Shown here: positions 49,375 to 60,485 of the stretch, one piece after another
Numbering within the stretch: the first letter of the stretch is position 1
How the letters are laid out: each line of letters starts with the position of its first letter
Assembly (NCBI GenBank): GCA_003344405.1
Contig: NOWV01000156.1
Coordinates: 1-64,000, forward strand
Direction of reading: 5' to 3'
Source: Trichoplax sp. H2
Taxonomy: Eukaryota
Length of the DNA: 64,000 nt
Made by a program: the position numbers and the translations under genes
Notes under the pieces: model-generated
What the model was told of the DNA's origin: nothing
The model's database searches: none
What the model saw: the letters and a program-made list of their open reading frames with translations, nothing else

Positions 49375-52300
49375 TAATAAAGGTCTTAAATAACACAAAA
49401 CACTTGCTTACATTCATCTTACTATCATAGTAGTCATAAGTAAAACAGGCAGTTATTTATGACGATTACAATGCTCTTGTACTTTATTTTTCTGCTAGCT
49501 ATCGGTGATATTGACATTGAGGGTGGTAATAGTTCCGAATTAACGTCATGGTTGATATTACTTCCGGCTGACTATATCAACATGGTTTAGGGATGATTAT
49601 ATGTTTTGCTAATCATTACCAGCTTAATAATGGTAAGGCAGGTAAATAAATGTCCTCATCAGTCAGTAAGCGTTATTATTACTATATAAGAAATTAAAAT
49701 ACTGTAATAATTACGGCTTGTATTATCGCTCCTTGTAAATTTTAACCTTCCAACGGCTCACATTTGTCAATAAATGCTTTGGTTACGGTATATGAAAGAC
49801 AAAGATAATAGGATTATGAAGTTATGACGACATTATACAGATTTTGTATTACTAAGAATTACGTAGCTATCTTATAAATTTCCGAGGAAAGGAACTACCG
49901 CAATAGCACAAGGTTCCTATAAAGTGCAAAGACTTGATAGTAATATTTATGTATATCAAAAAATTATGGTATTAGCTTAGTTCCTCACAACTTTACTGCC
50001 ATTATTAGAGGCAAAATTCTTCATTAGAATAGAATTACTGCAAATATATTATTGTAACGGCATAATATTCTATTTTTAAGGCAATACCAATTAGTATCAA
50101 TAGGACTGTTGTCAAAAATTATTATAATAATTCCATATCCAATTCAATAATTGATTTTATCTCTAAATATGAATAATATTTTACTGTTTTACAGGCAAAA
50201 TAAGAAATATATTCCTTCATAGCAATATTCACTAATTGCTGCCATTGCTTAAAAATTTGTATATTACGTTAATATATGAACAATGCATAGCCATGTTTTA
50301 GCAGTTTCAAAATTAGTTCTCAAAGTTATATTAATTTATAGACGGTAGGGGTTGATAACCTTCTATTACCTTACGATGATTTTTAAGGTATACTCTTTGG
50401 TGTGATAAGAATAATTTATGCACATATAAGATCTCTCTTACTACACTTCACTTATATTTGATCAATTTGCTAGAATTAGCTAAACACTATCCTATCTCAC
50501 AATAAGAATAGCCGATATAGATATAGCCTTCAAATTCAAAAGGTTTATTAAACCGCTATGCAAACCACGCTCTGGGAGATCCGTCGTAAATCACTTCTCC
50601 TCCCTCATAAGAACAGTCGAAAGTGGTTAAGATAAACTGAATAATCAGACTTTAATCAATCACAATTCCATACAAATCATATATCTAAGATTCTCTATTC
50701 TCTATATAGTAATCCCTTACTTGAAAATCAATCGAACCCAGAAACGACACTAAAATAAGCCGGATAATTATCCTGATACTTAAGACTGTAGAATCATCAT
50801 ACAAATTACTATTACTTTCTATAGTACTTAGGACTCATAACTAGAGTATTACTTAGCTAGTCAATACTGAAAGAATCTTAAAATTTATGCGGCACTACAG
50901 CACATAATGCACTAGCGAGAAATTAGTTGTATAATGAAAGCAGTATAGCTCAATTAACAGCTAATATCTTAACACACCTTGTATAGTATGATAATACATT
51001 TCAGTTAGATACCTAATTAATTATAGATCAGATCATGTTCTGATCGTGATTAATTTTGTATTACATGCATGCTCTAACTTATTTTAAAAGATTAGTATCT
51101 CTGTTTAACTACAATTCTGTTCTCCCTTTATGACATTAGGCTCAGAACGCTATATTATAGACATGTAGAGTGCAATCCTGTTTAAATGAGGCTGAGCTTG
51201 ATTTTGAGATTATTACAAATAAGATTAAAGGCCTGAAGTTAAAAGCAAAACCAATTATAACGGAATTACTTCCGATGCTTACTATTTAACACCTTCCGAC
51301 CCAAAACATCATACTTATGGACATCTATCGAAACTAGTAAAAGTATCATCATGTTGATACCAATACGTCGAAATCTATATAATATAGCTCATATCTAAAT
51401 TAATACAATAAAATCTTTAAGCACTAATATAGATCTAGAATCATAAAATTAGTTACAATATTACCTTTACAATTCTAATTCCAAATATACTATATTGCTT
51501 AATATTAAAAGGGAAGCATTACGCTTATACCTCTGCTTCTTATATTTCAAAGCAATAAAGAAAGAGCCAATAAATATAGTCAGTAGTTGTCATGATAGGC
51601 CGTTTTATAGCCTAATTATCTTCAATCACTATTAAAATATTAATCTTTTCAGTTCATTTCTTAATCAATAGATAGATAGTTACAAAACAGTCGAGGATAA
51701 ATGTCACCAGTATGTATCATTCAAAATAAATTTTAGCGAAAACGTAAACGAAGTGAATTTATCAACTACGCTAATTTCGGTTTGATGAATACGTATGCGA
51801 ACTGGAAAAATACGTAAATACGACTGCACTACAAATAGCTCGATATAGAATTGAGACGCTTTATCAGTTACAAAGTGATGACATACTGCTATTAGTTATG
51901 AATAAGCGTAAAGAATGGATGTGGTCTATCGGAATTTACTCCTGATTCAGGCTTATTGACCCAGGTCAAGGCGTCAAACAGCTACTACAAAATTGTGAAT
52001 TAGAAAGTATACTATAGCAATTTCTAGGCTGTTTGTAATAAAATATATCTTGATTAGTGCAGCTATTTGGACTTCGTCTCCGTGAAATTTAAAAATACTA
52101 CGTTAAGAGGATCAATATAAATGATTTTAAAATTATTCCTACAATCACAAATTAACTAAACTATAAGTTAATAAGATGATATAATAAGCAATCTGCAGAT
52201 AGCCTTGACTAAGATGTACGGGTATACTATATTTACATTATTTTCTAGCAATACTTTGAGGTAAATATATCAGATTGTAGTAGCTTCTAATAACTAAAAA

Positions 52301-53565
52301 ATGAAGATTAAACAGCTCTGTGTCACACTGTCATATAGTAGTACAGTACAGTCTATAAGAGCTATTTTAACAGGCTACAATTTACTTAACTTTTGCTCTT
52401 GTTGATATCCACAAGATTGTGTCCTACAACTTCCTTCCTGCTCATTTAAACTCCGAAATGAATTTAGCTCGCCTAATCCGACCCCAACCTGAAGCTCTTA
52501 GGCTTATAGATGTAATGTTTACAGCGACAAATAATTCCGGTATGTTCACTTAAAAATTCGGATGTGGAAATAGTATATGCTTCATTAAATAACAATTACC
52601 GCGTACGGGTTCAATAACTAGTAGCCAATTACTAGAATAAGCCTTAGGTAGCATACATATAAGAGTATTCAGTTTTTTTCTGCGAAAAAATGTGGCAAGA
52701 GAAACGGTAATCATTTAATAATTAGTAATTAGATGAAATTTTTTGCATAACATTATTTTCCATCAAAAATATATAAAAGTCCCAATGATGTGTAAATAGT
52801 GCATAGATTTATATAAAGTATGTACACAGTACACTTTCTAATTTAAATATGGAATAAAAGTTTCTATCTGATCAACAAAGGATACATTGTCTATTTTGTA
52901 TTCTTTCCGATAATAAAAGCATATGAATATTAGTTATTTTATTTGTGTAACATGTATAATTTCTTGTATAAGATTAATGCTGTAATTGAACGTAAAGAAA
53001 TGTAAACTTTAGCTTGATCATGCAGTTATTAGTATGGGGGCATGGCTAGTATGTTAAGATAAGAAGGTGATTTTAGCTAATCTAAAATTACAATATACTA
53101 GTGCTAGAAAATTATCTAATAACAACTTATGTAATAATAATGATAATCTTTCTTTAATTCTGAGCTGCACTTTATTGTATATGCGGAAAAAAATCAACGT
53201 GCAATTTGACCAGGCTTACCGTAGTGCAGTAGCCCTTGCAACATCATACTTATCTAAAACTTGGACAGTGATTCCGTCCTAGAAATCTATCTTGTAGTTG
53301 TACCGGAAGATTTGGACGTTTGCAACTATTGTATTCATATTTGAATTAATTTTACAAACACTTGCGGCTTCCATTTTATCTTCGCTATATTATTATACCC
53401 ATATATTATTATATTGTATGAGGAATAAAAGAACTCTTATACAGTTTTAATGCCTTAGGCAAAATTACTTATGAAAAGGTACAGAATTGCTTACTGCCAC
53501 GAAGGTGCATTTTTATGAGAATGAAATCGGATTAAAGCGTTGAATTACTAGCATATAGAATTATA

Positions 53566-53585
53566 NNNNNNNNNNNNNNNNNNNN
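53566..53585. other. Assembly gap (20 N)
   Basis: Run of n. Confidence 0.99.
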
Positions 53586-53669
53586 ATAGCGATTGCACTC
53601 ATTTCGGGTTCGAAAATCATCCATTTTATCGGGTTCGGGTAGCGTTTTCAGCCCATGGCAGAACCCTTG

Positions 53670-54110
53670 GTGTACAGTGTACAGTACATTCCAGTATCAG
53701 TGTACTGTACGTACCGTACTACGTACTGTACTGTACAGTACAGTATGTACAGTGCATGTTGCGTACAGTACAGTACTAGGGACTTGTCATTGATAAATCA
53801 TACTGTACTCTACTGTACAGTACTGTACTGTACAGTGTACAGTACCTTAAAAATGGTCAAATTTCAAAATTGTAATAAAGAGAGACTACGATTTTGAAAT
53901 TTGACCATTTTTTGGGTATGATTTATCATTGAGAAGCCCCTGACTCTCTTTATGGCGATCTTGAAATTTGACCATATTTGGGGCATGATTTATCATTGAG
54001 AAGTCGCTGATAGTAGAGTACAAATAAAATGTGATGGTGATGGATAGACTTTTATTACGGTACCGCTGTACTCTGCAGTCATTTTGCAACGTCTAGTACA
54101 GTACAGTACC
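53670..54110. repeat. Repeat-rich mini-contig: TACTG/CAGTA tracts plus ~67 bp satellite-like units in opposite orientations
   Basis: Units cgat.ttgaaatttgaccat.ttt.gg.atgatttatcattgagaag start at 53889 and 53956. An inverted unit spans 53779-53886 and is interrupted by a TACTG tract. Confidence 0.82.
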
Positions 54111-54138
54111 ACGTAAGGCTGTCATAAGCATTGTTACA

Positions 54139-54158
54139 NNNNNNNNNNNNNNNNNNNN
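54139..54158. other. Assembly gap (20 N)
   Basis: Run of n. Confidence 0.99.
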
Positions 54159-56224
54159 GTAGCCCTTGCAACATCATACTTATCTAAAACTTGGACAGTG
54201 ATTCCGTCCTAGAAATCTATCTTGTAGTTGTACTGGAAGATTTGGACGTTTGCAACTATTGTATTCATATTTGAAGTAATTTTACAAATACTTGCGGCTT
54301 CCATTTTATCTTCACCATATTATTATACCCATATATTATTATACTGTATGAGGAATAAAAGAACTCTTATACAGTTTTAATGCCTTAAGCAAAATTACTT
54401 ATGAAAAGGTACAGTATTGCTTACTGCCACGAAGGTGCATTTTTATGAGAATGAAATCGGATTAAAGCGTTGAATTACTAGCATATAGAATTATAAATTG
54501 AATGGAAACTATATCATTCCACAATAGTTTGTAACTGTAAGTTTTAAGTTTAATTACTTTTAAAATATCACGTGCTCGAATCAACACCAGGGGAGTAAAG
54601 ATGATGTCGTTTCTTATGTGCAATCTTACCGGCAGTTTTATACATTTCCGTAGACCTTAAGACCAACTAACGATATTTCTTGCATCAGAAATACCACTTA
54701 TTCCGCTATTTTTCCGTGAATTAAGCGATAAATCAACAGGATTAGTAAATTGATAGGTTTACTTATTGTATTACATGCAATCTAAAAGATAATAAGTTTA
54801 GATCATCAACATATTAGTCTAGCTATTGATAAAATTAATGAAAGTGGCGTCGATCGAATTACCGTTAGGGTTAATCAATGACTGCTTTCAATTATCTGTA
54901 ATATCATGTCCAGCATCTGATCTTACAATAAATTATCAATGGTTCAAACAGAGAAATTTCATTTATTTTATCTCATAACTGCCGTATATTACGTTTAATC
55001 ATACAGTTTGTAGAATCATGGAAGAAGTTAAAATAACTCTTCTTACTTTATCTGTCTTAATTGATGGCCTTTTTTACTTCTAATTCCCGACATTGACGAA
55101 GATAACGTTCAGATTTGCCAAAAACTACAGCATTTATGACCTCTTAATTATCATGTCATTATTTGTTTGGTGAACATCAAAGAGAGTGATTTTGAATAAT
55201 CAGCTAATTAATGTTAGCATAACAAAATAAATAGGAAAAATACTTAATACAACTACCATTAACGTTTGTATTGAGAGCGTTCCACTTTAACAATAGATAA
55301 TTAGCCACCAAAGATAGATAACATTATAATAGTTATAATTAGCTATTGTACCTATTACGGTTAGTAAAATTACATAAGCTCAAGTTCTGCCTCTATCTGT
55401 TTAAAAATTATTTAAGAGTTGTTTATTGACATAGATCTTTTTCCAAACTACAGAGGAAGCGGTTAGGTACTACGTGTTAAGGATTGAGCTATTTATTAGA
55501 GTAAATAAAGCTACTGTAGGAAAAGTTATCAACGTGACTTAGAAAACAGAATTGATCTAATCGTATTAATAACGATCAAATGTAAGTCATTAGCCTTAAA
55601 AATGATGTCAATTTAACCAATCTATCGTCTACAGATGTTCAATTTAATAAGGCTGTTTATATAATTTATTTCTTGTCATGTAAGATTTGATAGTCAATAC
55701 CGTAATTGATTCCACCTGATTTTGATTTGTAATGATATTGTTTCCTTATTTCTTAGCACGATTTGAATATTATGCTAAATATACACCGTAATAAGATTGA
55801 TTCATAATTAATCTTTCATCTTCATCATTGACCAATAAAATTGACTGGTCATCGTAACAATATAGTAACATTTCATTTCAATTGCATTTTGTTATCCATG
55901 CTGACCTCTAGATTATTTTTTCTTTTCATAGTAACCGTCAATATTATTACCTAAAACGGTTGCATTAAACTGGTAAACAAGTAATTACCCTCTTGGTGGT
56001 GAGACGTCATTTTATTTTTCTCTATTTTAGCATCAATTTGATGGAAATAAGCATTCTGTTTACTTTGCATTGATAGCATAATAATATTAATAAATATATT
56101 AATAACATACGAAAATTTATTTGGGATACTATTAATAAGAAGGAAAATTGCAGGGACAGCTATTTTCACATTTCATCAATCTGCTCCTGTTTAACTAAAA
56201 TTTTCATATCCAAGTTTTGATGAT

Positions 56225-58453
56225 ATGGCCAAAATGGTTATAAACTCCATATTCATCGTAATCACAGTACTCACTCTTATTTCAAGCCATGGCATTACAG
56301 GTTATCCTGCACGACCTGATTTTATGCCAATCGATAAGCAGTTGCGATATTATGAAGTTATTACATTTCCAAAGATCAATAATCGACCACAACAAATCGA
56401 ATCAACATGGGTAACCATTAACTTTACGGCTTATCAACAACAGTTTATTCTAAAGTGCACCACTGACCGTACATTATATTCCTCTGATTTTGACATCATT
56501 TATAGTAATGGAAGTAATTACAACGACGATAAATTCAATCGACGTCGCCTTGTTACTGGATTTGTCGCTGATAATGTTATGTCCAATGTATATGGCTATC
56601 TACATGTTAATGGGGCGTTTCAGGGTCACATTCGTTACAATCGGACACACTATTTTATTGAGCCTGCTGAACTTTACTTTTCAAATGTATCTACTGATCA
56701 ATTTATCATTTATGCATTAAATGATGTGATATCGCTTAAAAATTTAACTTCTAAAAATGATGAAGAGACAACAGGTAGAAGTTCAAGATCGATTTCGAAT
56801 AATGCTAATAAATATTTCGATATATTAAGACCAAATCCGGATAATCGACTACAATTTGATGATGAATTCATAGATCATGAACGTATAAAACGGACTGCTA
56901 ATGCAGCTAGTGCACCGATGGCGTGCGATATTTTGATTCATGTAGATCATACCTATACAGAATTACATCGCACTCCATCAAATGTGGCCATTTCTGTCAG
57001 TATCTTATTACAAGGAATTAATCAGTTGTATCGTCCAATTGATTTCGACGGTAACGGTCGTGGCGATGGGGTTAACGTTTTATTCGGACGGTTAAAAATT
57101 AACACAACTAGCGATCGCTACGCTAGCAATAATCCTTATTCCGGAATTATTGGCTCATCAGTTGACTATATCTTAGCCGCTTCTGCTGAAAATAACACCG
57201 ATTATTGCTTATTTTTTGCTTTATCAGCTCGAAATTTCAGCGGAGGTGCATTGGGAATTGCATTCCAAAGTCCAACTCCAGGTGATGCTGGTGTTTGTTC
57301 CTATTTTGGTACTTTCTTTCATTTGAGGCTTGGATTTAATACCGGGATTGTAAGTAATTTATTCCGTAGGCATATTATGCCCTATGCACGCTTACTTTTA
57401 GTCTGGGCTCATGAAATTGGACATTCTTATGGTGCTGACCATGATCCTGCAGATAATGCAACTTGCAGCCCAAAAAAGCAAGGCTTGTACTTAATGACGG
57501 CAAAATCAGAATCGATCGATTTACCTAATAATGATGAATTCTCGATATGCAGCAAGTCTCAGATTGCACCTCACTTAGTTCGTGGTAAGTCATCAGTTGG
57601 CTGTTTTAAACATCATCCCGTACCTACATGTGGTAACGGAATCATCGATCCTGGTGAAGAATGCGATTGTGGTTACTACGGACATTGCAATCAGCCTTGT
57701 TGTAACCCACCCTATCTTCGCATCCAGGATACACCTTATACTCAACCTAATGGATTTCTGTATGTTCCTTGCAAACTTAAATCAACTATTTCCTGCAATA
57801 TTACTAGCAATCCATGCTATAACAATGCTACAGGAATGTACTACAGTACGAAAGATAAGTACATTTGTATTCCAGAAACAGCTTGTACTTATGCATCACA
57901 TTGTACCGGCAATCAACTTTTATCAACTTGTCTACCAGCTCAAAATAAGCCCAATATCATAACAACATGTCTTGATGATTATAAAGTCTGCCTAAATGGT
58001 CACTGTAATGGTTCATTATGTTTGCAACATGGTTATAGTCAGTGTAAGAGCTCCAATATTAGCAGAGATTGTGAATTATGCTGTCAAGACTCTCTCGGTC
58101 AATGCTCAGCCATATCAGAACTAGCCAAATTCACCAATACCAGTCGAAAGCATGTCCTACGAGGTTCAGCATGTTCCCATTCGAAAGGTTATTGCGATCA
58201 AAAAGGCCGCTGTCACCTTGTTCTCAATCCAACTTTTAGCTATGGTCAATCATTTCTAGCAGTATCAGCAACTTTTGGAGCTATTATAACCCAATTTTTA
58301 TCTAATTATTACTGGATTCCAATTGTTATTCTAGCGATGTTTTTTCTTATAGGGGTAATCTACTTTTGGAAAAAAAGTCAGAGCAAAGCTAATGATGACA
58401 AATTTTACCAAAACGGAGGTTATCATAGCTATACCAAATCAGTAGCCTTGTAA
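56225..58453 (+). CDS. ADAM17/ADAM10-like membrane metalloprotease, intronless, full domain set
   Basis: 742 aa. Signal peptide, prodomain, furin site RIKR, HEIGHSYGADHDP plus Met-turn (YLMT, FSICS), disintegrin CGNGIIDPGEECDCG, Cys-rich domain CELCC...GYCDQKGRC, TM YWIPIVILAMFFLIGVIYF, short tail. Confidence 0.95.
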   Translation: MAKMVINSIFIVITVLTLISSHGITGYPARPDFMPIDKQLRYYEVITFPKINNRPQQIESTWVTINFTAYQQQFILKCTTDRTLYSSDFDIIYSNGSNYNDDKFNRRRLVTGFVADNVMSNVYGYLHVNGAFQGHIRYNRTHYFIEPAELYFSNVSTDQFIIYALNDVISLKNLTSKNDEETTGRSSRSISNNANKYFDILRPNPDNRLQFDDEFIDHERIKRTANAASAPMACDILIHVDHTYTELHRTPSNVAISVSILLQGINQLYRPIDFDGNGRGDGVNVLFGRLKINTTSDRYASNNPYSGIIGSSVDYILAASAENNTDYCLFFALSARNFSGGALGIAFQSPTPGDAGVCSYFGTFFHLRLGFNTGIVSNLFRRHIMPYARLLLVWAHEIGHSYGADHDPADNATCSPKKQGLYLMTAKSESIDLPNNDEFSICSKSQIAPHLVRGKSSVGCFKHHPVPTCGNGIIDPGEECDCGYYGHCNQPCCNPPYLRIQDTPYTQPNGFLYVPCKLKSTISCNITSNPCYNNATGMYYSTKDKYICIPETACTYASHCTGNQLLSTCLPAQNKPNIITTCLDDYKVCLNGHCNGSLCLQHGYSQCKSSNISRDCELCCQDSLGQCSAISELAKFTNTSRKHVLRGSACSHSKGYCDQKGRCHLVLNPTFSYGQSFLAVSATFGAIITQFLSNYYWIPIVILAMFFLIGVIYFWKKSQSKANDDKFYQNGGYHSYTKSVAL

Positions 58454-60485
58454 TTATAGATATTATAAGTTAGTTATTAGTTGACTAGGTTAATTTACGT
58501 CATCCAATACTGCATGATCACAATCAGAAATAATTATAATAGAGCATCCTAAATAAGCAAAGCTTTAATGTTAATCGCTTCAAGAATTGTTGTTTCTGAT
58601 AGTAAAATCTCAATTAAACATATCTACCCGGTTGATGTATTATTGTTTGACTAAATGTTTAAACATGAGCCTATATGCAATCCTATTTAGCAGCTACAGT
58701 AGAATTTTGAATAATTTCATGCAATTATAATATAAATGAATAGCTATCTGAAGTAATGAAATATATTGAATTCTTATAAAGACATGAACATTTTACAGCA
58801 TAGATCTTGTATTTATTCTCTTTCTTAGAAATTAGTTATTAAATTATAATATATCAAGTACCACCGTGTGATTTTAATTAAAGCTTAGCTATACTCAATC
58901 ATGCAGATAATGTGAGTTATGCGCATTGAATCGTGTCATGATTTGACTAACGTTAGCTATTCCAAAATTAAAACTTGGTTATTTCATGATAATTATTGTA
59001 TGTGCACTACTTACAGCTGCTGTGCTATTGTCTATGTCAATTACAAGTTATAAATTGAGGAATTAATATTAAGATTTAAAATAAGCGTAAAATTTAAATT
59101 AAATAAATTAGTTATTTACGTATATCACTTACCTTTAAAATTTACTAATTCAAACATATGATATAAGCATGTAAAAATCCTTAACATTGGTTTACATAGT
59201 CGGTAATTTGATTTGATTTTAATAGATTGTGCTAGAATATTCAATCATTAATGACGTATTTAAATAACGCTTGTTTAGTACCTTAGCGATGTACCTTAGA
59301 CAGAAAACTTATATAAGATATTCAATAGTGTCATGTATCTAAACTGGTCAAGAATGCATATATATCATCCATGACTAGAATCTCCAATAAATCTTAATCG
59401 AGGCTTCCAACATGCAGTAAACTACAGCAAATATTTTCTTAAAGCTACATTTCTGTGGTATTTATCATATGCTGTAATCTAAGAGTAGATTTGGAAAATA
59501 CTTGAAAACATCAAGAAATAACAATGTTGAAGACGAATAATTATTATTCAATATTAATCAATCTTAATTTCAAGTGAAATTAATCACCGTAACTAAACTG
59601 GATAATTCAGTTATTATCCATTGAACTTCATACTCCTATTCTTTCATACATAAATTAATAGCATCCGCGGTAATTAAAAAATGGAATGAAAACGATAGCT
59701 TTAAATTATGATGATTATGAGCAGGTTATCTTAATCAGCGTATTTGTTAGTGTCAATAGGTGTGCAGCGGTATACAGCTCTTGACCATTTAACGCAGTAC
59801 ATTATTTTATATCTAATATAGAATACTATCACTGTATTCTATCGAAATAACGATCTGGAGTTTATACAATTTAAGTAACCATCAAAGTGGATGAAATTGC
59901 ATTCATAGAAAATTATTTTAATTACCGTAACTTAACCAAAACCAAATTGTACCTAGTCAATAGTCTTTTAGGGGACAGATACGATAATGTACTTAGAAAA
60001 TAATCATTTAATAACAATTAGATTATGATATTAATTAAGTAGACAATAACTGAGAACTGAATATTATGTTAATAAGATGTTTAATTTATTGAATAGCAAA
60101 AATTTTTTAAATTTAATGGAATTTATCCAAAAAAACTGCTATTTGTCTACTTTATAGACTTATATAAAACTGTAAAAAATCATGTTTATGAGCACAATGA
60201 TTTCTTAATTTTAATTGATAATCAAAATACTTTTAATACTTTAAAAAATCACCGAATCAGTTAATTAATTTGATATATTTAAAACAAAAAATTAATTAGG
60301 TCTATTCGTTCTAATCAAGTATACATTCAAAAGGGTTTCTTTGTCAGAAATTGTCATTTCTATTTGAAACTTTCTGGGATAATGTTTGATAAATTGTTTC
60401 ATATAAGTAAGCGTATGTTCAATCTAAGTATATTATTCGAATACTTCGTTATCAATTTTAGAACAGATGGCTATGGATTTATTGA

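Larger units (their letters stand above)
53229..54495. repeat. 337 bp near-identical direct repeat (53229-53565 and 54159-54495) flanking a gap-bounded contig
   Basis: Both copies start gtagcccttgcaacatcatac and end gcatatagaattata. About 8 substitutions and no indels by eye. Each copy abuts a 20-N gap. Confidence 0.92.
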
